Below are positions 13,370-26,600 of a stretch of DNA of 64,000 nucleotides, in pieces; the stretch's first letter is position 1; each line of letters opens with the position of its first letter. The stretch covers positions 372,001-436,000 of the forward strand of contig OZ237768.1 in the NCBI GenBank assembly GCA_965178125.1. Reading direction: 5' to 3'. The notes below the pieces were generated by a model. The model was not told where the DNA came from and searched no databases. It worked only from the letters and a program-made list of their open reading frames with translations. The position numbers and the translations under genes are program-made. Source of the DNA: Bilabrum cf. latius (lineage: Eukaryota).

Positions 13370-15046
13370 ATGCGATCAATGCTTTCTATTCTGGTAGTTC
13401 TCGTCGCCTGCCAGGCACTCAGTGTGCACGGGCGACGAGCAAAAGGCCAGCAGCACCTTCGCAGCGCTGGCTCCACGTCGTCGGCCTCGGTCCGCGCCAA
13501 CAGCAGGCACCAGAGCCGCGGCAGCGATACGCTACAGCACAACTATGACAATGTTGATACATTGTCCTGCGATGTGAGCGCCTTGGCCGCGAGGAAGCCG
13601 GCAAAGGGCGACAGGCTCCGGAGAGGCGAGATTCTGCATTCCGCCATCGGCCAGCACGATAACGCCTTATCCAAGGGTTCGACAATGTTGTAGGTCCGGG
13701 CTGACTGCAAACTGGCCGTTAATGGCAAGGACTAGCCGGAATTGTTCGTATCGGACAACCGTGAGGAGCACGCCGACCACTGCGCGCTACTCATGACGGA
13801 TGCAACGTGCAGCACGCAGGGAGACCTGGCCATCATCGACACGGACACGGGCAAGTACCTTTGGCGGGTGCAATCCTCTGTCTTCACACCCGAGGTGGAC
13901 ACGTTTCAGGTTCAGGGAGACGGCAATGCCGTTCTCCTTCAGGAAGGCGCGCAGCTGCTGTGGAGCAGCAATACCGGAGACCACACGCGCGGGTGGGGGA
14001 TGTTCCACTTCGATCTGGAGGTGCGGGAGGACGTGCACAGTCTGAAGTGCAAAAAACGGGCTCTGAAATCGTTGTACTACCAAGTGACTGGCGGCGACGT
14101 GCTGTCTCCGAAGCAGGTGCTGCAAGCCGGGGCCGCCTTGAGGGCGGACGATGGGAAGGTCGAGCTGCGCATGCAGGGAGACTGCAACCTGGTGGTGCAC
14201 ATAGGGGGCAAGGCGCGCTTTGCGACCAACACGAGGGGCAAGGGCACCGAGGGGAAGTGCGCACTCGTCATCACGGGGAACGGGTGCGACACCAAGGGCG
14301 ACCTGGCCATCGTGGACAGCGCCTCCGGGCAGTACATCTGGCGGGTGCCTGCCTCGCTGATGGACCCGGGTGCAGACACCCTTCGTCTGCAGGGGGACGG
14401 GAATGCTGTCCTGTTCCAGCAGGGAGGTGCGATTGCGTGGTCTGCGGGATCGAGGTTCTTGGATAGTCCAGATGCCGACTACACCTTCGGCAATGGTCGC
14501 AAGACGGTGGCGCTGCAGGCAGCCATCGACGCGGCTCCTCGCTGCAACCCCAAGGCGCTTGCTAAGCGACCTGCCGCCCAGGAGGACTCTCTGTGGGACG
14601 ATGAGGTGCTGGCCATGGGGAAGTCGATCCGGCCTTGGGTTTACAGCCAGGCCTCTCTGACGGTGCAGGACGACTGCAACCTGGTGGAGACGAATAGGAG
14701 AGGACACATCCATTGGAAGACGGATACCCGGGGCAAGGCCCAGAAGTGCGCACTCGTCATCACGGGGTAGGAGTGCAACCACACGGGAGATCTTGCCCTC
14801 GTGGACATGGACAGCGGGGCGTACCTGTGGAGCATCGACGCGTCCTACGTGTGGCCCACGGCCAGGGTGCTGAAGGTACTGGACAGCACCGTGTAGCTGC
14901 GGCAGGAGGCTACGTTTTCAAGTATCTGGCGGTCGGTTACCGACGAGGGATTCTTCGGCAGCTCTATAACGCCGCCTGAGGGTAACCCGGAACCCGGTTT
15001 CGAGAAGGTCTTCAATTATCTGGCTGGGCGAGTCCCAAGACACTGA
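13370..15046 (+). CDS. Secreted triple bulb-type lectin, copy 4
   Basis: Single frame with TAG at 13691, 13733, 14768 and 14894. A 4-nt CTGG duplication near 15020 changes only the last few residues. Ends TGA. Confidence 0.8.
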
Positions 15047-16215
15047 CATTGAGTTGTGCGTTACATCGAATCAGTTCTAGAACCTCCGGTTTCGGTTGCT
15101 GGATAAATGCGAGGGTGCGTTGGGCCCCGGCTCCTCGGGCGGTTGACCACCCTTTGCGCCACAAGGGGACTCGGCTGCTGGTGCAGCCTGAGCCGTACTG
15201 ACCCGCAGATTTGGCCATGTGGCCACTGCGGCTTGCCGCTCTACGTATACCGGCCTGTGGGTCAAATTAATCCGCTCCGTGGAAAGAGTCGCCACGGTGG
15301 CTGCTGTCCGCTTTGCTTGCCACTAGTGGTAGTCAGCTGTCGGTGGTGAACACCGTGGAGCTACTTGCATCGACTGTTGTACTGTCAGATACTGGTGGCT
15401 GATCTGCAGCATTCACCGTTCCACCGATCCAAAAGGATGAGCCTAGTCGTTGATCGCAACCAGAGATGTCATTTAGACACGAAATCCTCGCCGAGCCTAC
15501 TACTGGTGCCTAAGATGCATTCGGTTATACAGGCTGCTGCGGGAATGATCATCGCTTTCGTCGTTGTTAGTGCTACCCATACGACAGCACCTCCCAGTCT
15601 AGCTTACAAATGGTGCACATGGTGCTGCTCGTTTTGTCCTGTCGTTGCTAGTGCTGTTCATCCGGAACCTGCAAGACGTTGTTGTCGAGCTGCGTCCGTG
15701 CAAATGGTGCAATTGCTCATACACGCTGCCTTGGGGATCCGATGGTCACCTCCTCCGTGGCAGCTAGTGCTGTCACTATGACAAGACCTCCTGGTCGAGC
15801 TGTATCTATTCCACGTATCACGTAATACGGGACACGGCTCCAAACATTGTGAATTCAATCTTCGTGCTCCGCCCCTCAGTGCGCTGCTCTGCGAGTTCAT
15901 GCCGCCACGCTGCTCCACAATAGCCCTCTCGGTGTGCTCTGCTCTGGCTCCCTGATGGGCTACGAGAGCTTTCGCACGACTTGCCATATGGGAGTGGCTA
16001 TGCCAATATATCGGGGCACCCAAGCACTCATCCAATGAATACCAATCCGGATATAGCTCTAAAAACGAAGATGAAAATACTGCCATTGGCAGTGGGTACT
16101 TCGCCGAAAGGTCCAAGTTACAACAGGCCATATCAGTCTATTCCATCCGGTGACACCGAGTCACTAGGCGCGCTTCTGTTTTAAACACTAGTTACTTTAT
16201 TACAGAATCCTTCAA

Positions 16216-17217
16216 ATGCAGTCGCATCAGCAGTACGGCAATGGTGCTGCCGCTCAACGAACTGACCAAATCCCTGTTGGCGTCCCGATAGGCTAGACCC
16301 CAGGTGGCAACCCAGGCCTAACCACGGCAAATGGAGAGAGAAGAACTGATTTTCGCGTTGGATTGTGCGACTGCTTCGGCGAGTGCAGCATCTGCCTTGC
16401 TTCAACTTTTATCTGCTTCTGGCCGTGTGTGATTGGGCAGATTGGAAACCGGACGAGGCGCTGGCCCTTGGGAGCAACAAACATGCAAGGAGCAATGTAT
16501 AGAATTGCCCCAATTGTGCTGGTTGCTGTGATCGTGCAGTTGCTGGTACAAACTGGAGTCGCGGCTGAAAACCCGACTCTCGGGGCGATTCTTAACTTTG
16601 TCAACTTCATCGCCGGCATCGTGCTCGCAATTATCGTGTACTCGGTCCGGACTTAGACAAGGTAGGTGCTCGGATATACTCCGCAGGGCTGCTGCGACTG
16701 CCTCGCGTCCTGCTGCTGCCAGTGCTGTAGCGTGGCGCAGGTGGCGCAGGAAGTGAACGTCAAGGAGCCCTTCAGCACCAAGGACGTGGAGATCGTGGAC
16801 GTCTTCGGAAATCCTATTCCCAGGGACGGGTCTTCAGGCAACGGAGGCGCGGGTGGGGTGCCTATGCAGGCCAATCACCCACCACAAGGAGGCATCCAGA
16901 TGCAGCAGTTCCACCCGCAGCACCAACCCCAGCACCAGCCCCAGCCCCAGGGGCAGGGAGGCTTCCACAAGACGCAAGTGCCCCAAGGGCAGGCACAGGG
17001 AGGCGTGTATCCCCCTCCCCAGCATGGGGCCGTGGCTCCGACCCCTCCAGGGATGGGGGGATACCCCCAGAGCGGGGGCTATGCCGGCAACCCATACGGG
17101 GGTCATCAAGGGGCCGGCGGTGGTGTTGCCCAGCCCTATCCGCAGGCTGGGTTCACTGCTCAGCAGCCCCAGGCCCAGCCGGACCCCATCGCGGCCAAGA
17201 TGGCTTAGAACGTGTGA
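16216..17217 (+). CDS. PLAC8 (DUF614, Cys-rich) family membrane protein with Q/P/G-rich tail
   Basis: FRVGLCDCFGECSIC...FWPC and DCLASCCCQCCSVAQVAQEV motifs lie in one frame only if TAG at 16294, 16654, 16663 and 17206 is read through. Ends TGA. Confidence 0.85.
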
Positions 17218-17554
17218 CGGGTGCGGTGCTCGTTCTGTCATTTTGACTCGTGTCGTGCTTATTGTCTCGTCTGACAATTGAATGGCCGCGCTTGGAGCAT
17301 TCCATGCGGCGAGCGCAAGCCTCTCAAGCTTTCTTTCCGCCAATCCAAGGGTACGACCATGCTGATCGGGGTGCAGCCCTCACGCCGTGCGCAGTCCCAA
17401 GCCAGATCAATCACATCCACCTCAATGCAAGCAACAGGACTAGGCACGGAGTACTAGACAGAAGCTCTCAAGCGAGCTACTTCGTGGGATAAAACATTTG
17501 TAATAGTTGCACAATTCACACTGTCAGCCGTAGCCCCAGCGTCAGCGACCCTTC

Positions 17555-17890
17555 CAGTACATTTCCTTCAGTTGCTCCGTCTGCGCGCGAGTGGCCGGCC
17601 CGTCGTCGCCGCTGCTCAAAGATTCCATTTGGGAGAATGTGCTTCCCAGCCACGCATCCCTCTCGGCAGCTTCCATGCACACAACTCTCTTGCGTTCCCA
17701 GTCCTGCCGGCCCACGGATTTGCATGGCACTTCAACCACACTGTTAGTGTCCGAGAGCCAGTACACAGGCTCTCCCCGAAGAATCTGCTCGAGTAGCATC
17801 ATGGAGTACTTGGTGGGCGCCACCAGTCCCGGCATATTGGTCAGCACCCCAATCGGCGGCGCCTTGATCAGACCTGCTTCGCCCCTGCGC
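17555..17890. repeat. Second copy of the 7557-7890 repeat
   Basis: Near-identical to 7557-7890. Confidence 0.8.
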
Positions 17891-18120
17891 CGCTTGCCTG
17901 CCTGCGGTGCCTTGTCCTGCTTCAACCCTGCTAAGGCATCGACAGCCTCGCGCGAGCCCCCGCTTCTAGCTCGTTCGTCGCCCAGCTGTCTCCTCCGAGT
18001 CTCGGTCGCTGCGCTCCCCCCGCAAAATGCCTGGCCTACTGAGACTTTCTACACTGCGGCAGACTGCAGTAGCGAGCTGATCTTAGAGCGATAATTGCGA
18101 TCTGCTCCCGCAGGCTACCT

Positions 18121-18198
18121 GCTGGCTCCAGTCCCGCTTGCGGCTCCAGTCCCGCTTGCGGCCCCAGTCCCGCTTGCGGCCCCAGTCCCGCTGCTGGC
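18121..18198. repeat. 18-bp minisatellite (GCGGCYCCAGTCCCGCTT), about 4 units
   Basis: Directly visible. Confidence 0.85.
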
Positions 18199-19688
18199 TC
18201 CTCTGCTGGCCCCGAGGTCCTCCGGACCGGCGTCAGGGATCCATCGTGGGATGCTTGGGTCTGTTTCCACCCATCCGTTTATTACCTCTTCCACCGTCAC
18301 CACGTCCACGGCTTGCACGTATCGGAACCTGGGGTGACGAGTAGCTGGGCCCAATGATGAGTGCGCTCCGGGCACAGCGGTCGAACCAGTGCCGCTGCTG
18401 CCGCTGCTGGCGATCAAAGAGAATGACGACAAAGGGGGTTTATTCTAAATGTCGGTGTGGCCCTTGACAGCTGGTTCATCTCTGACTTCGCTGGCAGGCT
18501 TCGGCTTGCTCGATGAGACTTGCCAGTTGTAAGCAGAGCCCACTGCCGGTGGACTTTGCTGTAAACCGCTGAGGAGGTCAGGGCTCTACTTCTATATCTC
18601 ATGATCGGCGGCAATTGCTGCCAAGTCGAGTGATGCATCCTATTCCTACGAATGGTGTGCAGAGACCGATCGAAATGGGAGAAGTCATGGGATAACAACT
18701 GCCTGCCTTTGAATGATGAGATACAGTACTAGTGGCTAGAATCATGGCATTTTTCTTCTCACTGTGGCATCAGTCCCATTAGAATGGTTCGCCGTCCTTG
18801 GAAAGTGGTGGCCTTGCTCGTCCGATCTTGATTCCTGTGGAAGCAGCTCGGTCACAATACCGAAATGTCAATCGTTCGCTTATATCATAATGCATCATAC
18901 CACGTGTGTCAAGAACCACTAAATGCCCACAGGAAGCAAACCTGTCTCTCACCATTGCGCGGAGCGCGTTGTGATCAGTGATCAGTGGGTGCGACTAGAC
19001 TGGACTATTCCTGCACGAAGCTGAACGTACCTAGATTGAAACGCCAACAAAGTAACAGGATCGAAAGCCAGATGCAAGAGGTGTGGGCCTGGTCTTGTAT
19101 ATGATCCTAATGTGATCGAGAACTGCTCGGTCACCAGCCGGCGCCGCATTTGTAGCGGAACCTCACACACCGAGCACTTGCTCTGGAATTAAAAAGTCTG
19201 CTCTGGCTTGGACCCAGTTTGCCTGATCGGAATTCCCCCTTCGTTTTTGCTCAATAGCGGCCATGTTTTGAGGCTTGATTTAAAAGCCATACTCAAGAAG
19301 GGCCAAAATGAGACTATTGGAATGGCTTCCCAGTCCTGAGGTCGCAATGTGCCGATGGTCGCATTAAGAGTATGTCTACACACTGGTATCAGCAAGCATA
19401 GAGCAAAGCACGAAACCGCAAATGAAAACCAATCTGAGAGCATGTTGGCTCCTGTCCTGCATGCTGCTGCTATTGGTTAGACCTGGCCAGTGAATGCGGC
19501 TCTTGCTATGCGCATGCTAGCGACTGCTACCACAGGGCCTCTCTAGTCAACGGCACCACACCACACAAAGGGTACTCACAGCATTTACAGCAGAATACCT
19601 CGCATCTGCCCGTGCATGAAAACTGTATGGTGATCGGCCAATGACCAGGTCAGTAGCTAGGTTGTAGCTCATACTCCGAATACTGTTT

Positions 19689-22600
19689 TCAGGATCCAAC
19701 GATATCCGAGCTCGAGTTGTACGCTCGCAACGGGCGCCGCGCAGCAAGTTCCGCATCGCGCCGAGCAAGGCCTCTACCCTATGCAGCTGCATCCGAAGCA
19801 AGATGTCCGGGAGCGATGCCCTGCTTACCCTCCGAAAGCAAGCTACCGATGCCCGCTCGCGCCTTCATTGTAGTTCCTCTGCTGGCAGCCAAACCACGTG
19901 AGGCGGCAGCGTCCGTGCTTCTGCTGCTGCTGTTGCTGCTGCTGATCGCCACTGGCACTCCAGAGGCGCCTGCTCCATTGGGCAAGGACGGCGTTTGTCG
20001 CGCAACTGCCTCGATACCGGAGGATGAGGCCCCCCGTGGCGGCTTCGCACTCGTCACACCAGCAGGCAGCCCCTTGCGCCCCTGCTGCGCGATAAAGTCC
20101 TGCATCATGCGGCGGGCCTCCGCCTAAGCCCTTTCCGATTCCGGGTCGGTATTGCCAGGGGCGCCATCACCACCACCAGCGCCGCCGACACTGCTGCCGC
20201 TGCCACCGCTGGTTCCGAGTGCGCTGGTTCCGATGACCACAGCGCCCCCTCTTTGTCCTCCGATGGGACCCGGCGCCTGGTCTTTCTCGATCGACTCCAG
20301 CCGGGAACTCAGGTTGCGGAACCTCTACTGCAGGTCGGCCGGCGCCACGCTCACTGCCTCCCCTTTTGCCGCCTCGACCTTGGTAGTCACCCCTGACCCG
20401 CCCGGGCCGCCGCCGCCGCCGCCGCTGTCACCTGCGGTTGTGTTCTCTGGGCGGCCAGTCGGGTCAACTGCCGCATCGCTTGCATCCGGTGCGAATGCGC
20501 CCTGCGGAACCAGGTCTGCGAACCGGCGCCGCGCAATGGCCTCCCGCTCAACTGACTCCCTGCTGCTCGGGAAAGAAACGGCCGCCGCTGGTGATAACGA
20601 AGACGAAGACGCCAATGCTGCGCCCCCACTCGTCACACCGCCAGCCAGCCTGCTCCGGAAGCTCTCCACCTGCTCGTCTGCGATGCGCTCCGCCCGGGCT
20701 CGCACCATCTGAGCGAAATCGGCGGCGCTCAGCTCGTGCAGGGACGCCGATTGCGCGGCGCCGGACAAGCCGGTTCCGCTATCCTCGGCGTGCTGCAGGC
20801 CGGCGCTGTGGGACGGCTGCGGAGACACAGGGGCTTGTTCCCTGTAATTGGACTCGGAGCCGTAAACACCGACACCGCCGCCGTTCCTCTTGCCGGGACC
20901 GTACCGGTCTGCCAGCTCGGATACGGGGGTACGAAGCCCGCTGGGAATGCTCTCGGGCATCTCCTGTGCCTCCTGATCGATCGACCTCTTTGACTCGGAG
21001 GCAGCGCCCCTTCTGCTGGCACCTGCACTCCCCGATCGCATCGCATCCGGTCTCGAGCTGGGGCGCCCCTGCTCTTGAAGCGCGTCCTCTACTGCAGCCG
21101 CGATCATCCCATGCACCTGCCCAGCGTCCCCCGGGGCCGTCAATGCGGAACCGAATTGCGCGGCGCCGCTCCCATCCCCGGGCAGGGAGCCGTCGCGACC
21201 CACAACGCGGGCACCCTCGGGGAGGTTCCGCAATGCGCGGCGCGCGACTGCCCTCGCGACCTGCAGCACCGGGTTGTCCCCATCAGAACCATCGCCCTCC
21301 GAACGACCATCACTCCCCAGCTGCAGCAGCCTTGCGGCAGCCCTTGGCCTGCCGGCAAGGTGCACCAGCTGTACCATCGCTGAGGCCAGCCCCTCCAGCC
21401 TACCCCCCACCGTCCGCAGATCACTCTGCTGCCTGTTCAGCACGTTCCTTGCCTGCCGCAGGCCACCCAACGCCTCGGTCAGCTGACGCTTGGTCTGCAT
21501 CAGCTCCAGCTGTGCCTGCAGCAGCTGCGCAGTCTCACGCTCGCCAGCTGCTGGGCTGCCCGCCGCCTCCGCCGCCTCCCGTCTCGCCGCCTTCGCTGCC
21601 TCCATGGCGCCGCGCGTGACCTCGTCTGGTTCCACAAAACGGACGCGCGAAGTTCCTGCGGCAGCTTCAGCAGTCGGCCCCACGGCTTCAGCGCCAGTGC
21701 CAGCGCCAGCGCCAGTGCCAGCGCCAGCGCCAGTGCCAGCGCCAGCTTCAGCGCCAGCCCGCGACCGAGACCGAGACCGGCCCGACGACGACGAGGCACG
21801 TGCACGTTTGGCCCGGGCCGCAGACCCCGGTGGACTGGGCCGGGTCATGATATGATCCCCCTGCGCCTCCGGACTCCGCAGGGTCCGCGAACTGGCCTGT
21901 TGCTGGTTCCGCTGCTGGTGCTGCGTGACGAGTGCGTCCTTTCTCCGCTGTGCCTTCTGCAGTTCCGCTTGCAGCTGCAGAAGGCGGCGCCGCGCATCCT
22001 CCGGGCTACGCAGCGGTTCCGCTTCGCGGTGCGGCCTCCCACTTTCACCACCCCGTCCGTCGCTGCTCCCACGCGACCCCCTGCGGCCGTTTTGCTGCTG
22101 CCTGCCCCGCGCCCCCGCGTTGTTCCCTGCCCTGGCCCCGGCCCCGGCCCCCCGCCCCGTGCTGCTGCTGCGGCCGTAACCGCTGCTCCGCACGTTCGAG
22201 TACCTTGCCTTATATCCTGGAACTCCTTCAGCACCGCCGTGCGATGCACCCGGAGAGCCCCTACCCACGGAGGAGGACCTGCCTCCGCCGCCAGCTCCGT
22301 GCGACCGACGCGCCCCCCCGCGGGGCATCCGCTCTGCGGAACCGGATCGTCTCAATGCGCGGCGCCCCGCATCAGCGGAACCATCAGAGGCGCCGCGCGC
22401 TGCCGCCCTCCTGGCCGCCTCCTCCGCCCGCTGCCATGCGAGGGGAGAGACTGGGCTGTTGGTGCTCGCGCGGCGACCCCGGGTAGCGCTCGCCGAACGT
22501 TCGCCGAAGTTCGGCGGAGTTCCGACGTTGGACGGGCTGGAGACCCCATGACCCGGTTTAGGCGATCGGAGCAGCTCTGAGGCATCTCCCAGGAGGACCC

Positions 22601-23111
22601 CTTGCCTAAGGCTGGAGGGGTCGAGCGAGGCGGCCCCGGCGGGGAGGTACACGTACGTCTGCTGCTCGGGCAGCACGGAGGGCATGCCCCGGGCTGTGGA
22701 AGCGGAACCATTGCGCAGCGCCTCCTGCTATGCGGAGCCGCGGGGTGGGCGGCGCTCTGCCGATCTCGCGCGGCGCCGCCTTGCGGAACCGGAACCCTGC
22801 CTGCCCCGGTCGGAGCTGCCTGCGCTGGAACCACCGATCGCAGCTCCTGCTCTTGGGGACGCCCACTAAGGCCTACTCCTGCGACTCGTGGCGCTGAATG
22901 CTTCCGAATTGGGATCACGCTGCTTCTGCTCCCGCTTTTTCTCGATAGCCTGGCGGCGCTCTAATGCTTCTCGCCGTTTGCGATCGCTCGCAGCCGTCTA
23001 ACGGGTAAAGCTGCTCGTCATCTTGAGAATAGCATGGGCTGTGGGGGCTTCTGTTGGCGATTCGGGACGAGAAGTGGACACTCCCGACAGACCGCGAGGA
23101 TGCTGTGCCAT
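19689..23111 (-). CDS. Hypothetical low-complexity / coiled-coil protein, 1140 aa
   Basis: ORF-track pieces 22998-23189, 20325-22685 and 19779-20108 are one frame, separated only by TAG (22998, 22866, 22728, 20325, 20124, 19779). ATG at 23111, TGA at 19689. Confidence 0.75.
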
Positions 23112-23656
23112 CTTGTTGATACTTCGGATCGCGAGCAGTTCTGCAATGAAACGTCGTCGGAGCAGACAATAGTACGATAAATGGTTCAAAACGACAATCG
23201 AAAAAAAGCGCGCGATTTCCCATTGAACCTACGTGGCCATCAAATGGCCACAATCAGGTGAGTCTGCCTCTCGCGGACAAATGCAGCAACCAAAAACTAC
23301 ACCCAAACCTATCTTCCAGCAGCTCACACTTCAGATTGGTGTATGTCACAACACGTTCAGCCAAAAACACAGGAATATCTGTATTTGCCTTGCTTGATAC
23401 GCGTAGAATGCCTCAGCTAGCCAGATGTCGGACTTCGCCCAATTGTGGTTCCGCTTTTATTGCGCGGCGCCACTAGCCTTCTTGTCTCTGACCTTGCAGC
23501 AGAGACACGAGGACAGGTGATCACCAGCAGTATTGTAGATACTTTATATACTCTTTCGCAGCTAAGGCTGCCGTTCTAAGCTTATCAGCAGCACCTGCTG
23601 TCGAGTCAAGCCTTCGCTTTCACAGCTGGTCGTAGAGTACCCGCCACCTTGGAAGC

Positions 23657-26600
23657 ATGGGAGAACCATTGAAGCAAGGATGGCTGCAGAAGGCGGATAA
23701 ATCTGGTGGTAATTGGTAGAAAAGGTGAGCCTCCCCGATGAGGCAGCTGTTCCAATGGACTGCACGCATCCACAAACTAGGCGTTCAGCTTCGGTCATGT
23801 GCCTGCGTGCGAATATGGAAACGCATTATTCCGCATTCGCATGAACTATTCACGAGGTGCTGCCACTTCAGTATTTTCGCTTTGCACCAACGCAGGTTTT
23901 GCGTAGCTGTCAGCGGAGAGCTGCGATACTACCCGGACACTGAGATGCAAGCGACCAAGGACCCCGTCAACCTGAGCAAGGCCCGGTTCTACCGCGGATG
24001 GGACCTTACCCGATGGTCACCGACCGAACATATCTTCCGGTTGGTTATGGACTCGCGCGATTTCTATTTCTGCTGCACCACCGCCGCCGAGCTCGACGAG
24101 TGGGAAGACGCGATCATCAACGCGAAGCGAATCGCAGAGGGGCAGGCGCCGCTGCCCCCCAGAAACCCCGCCCCGGGTGGGGTCACGGGTCTGCCTACCC
24201 CCACAAGCCCCGGGGGATTTCCCCGCTCCGCATCCGCTGGCAGCGGGGGTCCCATGCCGCCGCCGGGGTCTCCCGGGCTGCCACCCCACGCCCAGCAGCC
24301 GCAGAGCACAGGCGCCGCCAAGATCACCCTGCACGTGCGGGTGGAGGGCAGGACCCGCCCCATCACGGTGAGCCTCAAACCGGAAACAGCCGCGGCCGTG
24401 AACATGGGCACCCTCAAGGCTCGCATGGCGTCCAAGCACCCGGGGGGCACGGCTGATCCGTCTGGACTGGAGCTGGTGCTAAGGGGACAGGACGCAGAGC
24501 ACGTGCTCAAGGACAGCTGGAGGGGCAGGGACATCGGACTGGGCCCGGACACGGATTTGTTCCTCAGGGCAAAGCCGGGGAGCGCGGCAGCAGCGGCTCT
24601 GGCCTCGGCGCAGGCGGAGAAGGAGAGGCGAGGTTCCGCAGAAGAAGGCGCCGCGCAGTCCGATGCGCGACCAGGTTCCGTGGGCGTCCCCCGCCAGAGA
24701 ATCGTCTCCGCCCCCGAAGACGTGACCCCTCTGCCCCCCGTGCGGGAGGAGGACGAGGCGGAGGAGGACTCGAGGAGCGCCGCGACCTCGCAGGCCCACA
24801 CCGCCGTGACGAGTGCGACGGGGGTTGCGGCGGGTAGCAGCCGGGGGACGGGCGGGGGAGCCGGGCCTGCGACGGACTCGACCGGGGGCGAGTCAGAGTC
24901 CAGGACGGTGCCATCGCGACCGAGGGCTGGTGCCGAGGACGACGACGGAGAGAAAGAGGGAGAGAACAGGGGGGATGAAGCGGACCCCGATGGGGCGGCT
25001 GTGGCGCGGGCAGAGAGGGCGCTGGAGCGGCTGCCTCGGGGGAGCGGTGTGACGAGTGGGGTTGACGGGAAGGGCTCCTTGCTGGCGCAGGCCGCTGCAG
25101 AGGCTGTCAGGCAGGACCAGGACATGCAGCAGGGGCAGGACATGCAGCAGGACCAGGACATGCAGCAGGAGCAGGAGCAGGAGCAGGGAATCGATAGCGC
25201 TCACGGAGGCCGTGGGGAGGCTAGACACCGGCCCATGGATGAAGACGTGCGGAACCGGCACATTGCGCGGCGCCGCAAGATCCTCGAGGTGTTCGAGTCT
25301 CTGCCGGGGGCGGGCCCTACGGTGGGCCGTGGCAGGGCACGCGTGGAGCGGGCGGCTCTCGCGGGGGCGCTGAGGGCAGACAGGGAAGTTTCCTCCTGGG
25401 CGGGCCACGAGGCAGCACTCGTCACACCGCTGCTGCAGGCAGCTGCGAGCGGGCAGCCGATGATATCGTGGGACGGGGTGGTGCTTCTGCTTCGGTCGGG
25501 CGTCCAAGAGGCCCTGGATCGGGCCTTGGGCGAGGCCTCCCAACCCGGCCGTCGCGGAATGCCGAGCCCGATAGGCACCCATACCAGCGAGCTTGACTAC
25601 GCTTCATGGAGGCAGGGAACAGACGCGGGCCCGGGCGCGGTGCCGGGGCTGCTGCAAGGACCCAGGTCTGCCACTTCGTCCGTGTCTACGCCCGGTCTCG
25701 GACCCATGAGCGACCCTGTGGGGGACAGCGGCGCCGCGCACCCCGGTTCCGCAGGCCCGTCGTCGTCCTCCAACGCTTCCTCCTCGCAGCCGGCAGGTGC
25801 CAGGGCTGTCCCCGCGTCAATTCCCGCGGCCCTCTCCGAGTCGATCGGGAGGGCACGGGCGGCGCTCCGGCGGCTCGAGGCAGAGGGGCTGGGCCGCACG
25901 GCAGAGGAGGAGGAGGCGGACCTGGCCCGGGGAACAACAGTGCGGATCGAGATGGACGAGGAGGACGGCGGGGGCGGTGAAGGGGGGGGAGCAGAGGTCA
26001 TTCGGGTGGCGCCGGGGGACGACGCCATGACCGTGGCGCTGCGGTTCTGCGAAGAGCAGGGGCTGCCTCAAGAGGAGTACAGGGGGGCGCTGTGCGAGGC
26101 GCTGCAGAACGCGCAGCTGTCGCAGGTGCGGAAGCTCGCGACCCGGAGGGCGGTGCATCGGGAGGAGCTGGAGGCAGTGCTCCGATCGATTGTGGATGCC
26201 TCACGGCGGAGGGACCTGTCGGACCCGGACCCGGCGGAGCCTTGGGACAAGCTGGCCGACGCGGAGGAGGAGAGAGACAGGCTGCTGAGTCAAGTGGCGC
26301 TGCTGCGGAGGGCGGCGGGGGCCAGGGAACAAGGGGAGGACGCGGGGGCGGCGGGGCCTCTGGACGTGGTGGGGGCGGGGACGGTGCCCCCGATGGGGGG
26401 TGGCGGAACCTCGGGCAGGGGCGCAGCGCAGGCGAGCGTCTCCGAGGAGCTGGTCCGCGTCAGGGGCTAGCTGAGCGACGCTACTCGTGAGCTGGAGGAT
26501 CTTCGGGCCAGGCTGCGCGACGCCGAGGAGGATCTCCGGGCAGCGAGCAGGAGGGAGAGAGTCGAGACTCGGCTGGAGGGGAGCATGGGAGGGAGCATGG

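Noticed and set aside
18414-19480. Decayed RT on the minus strand (LLSKNEGGIPIR resembles K..GG.RPI)
   Set aside because: Only one weak motif, with several TGA/TAA in the frames read. Cannot be supported without a profile search.
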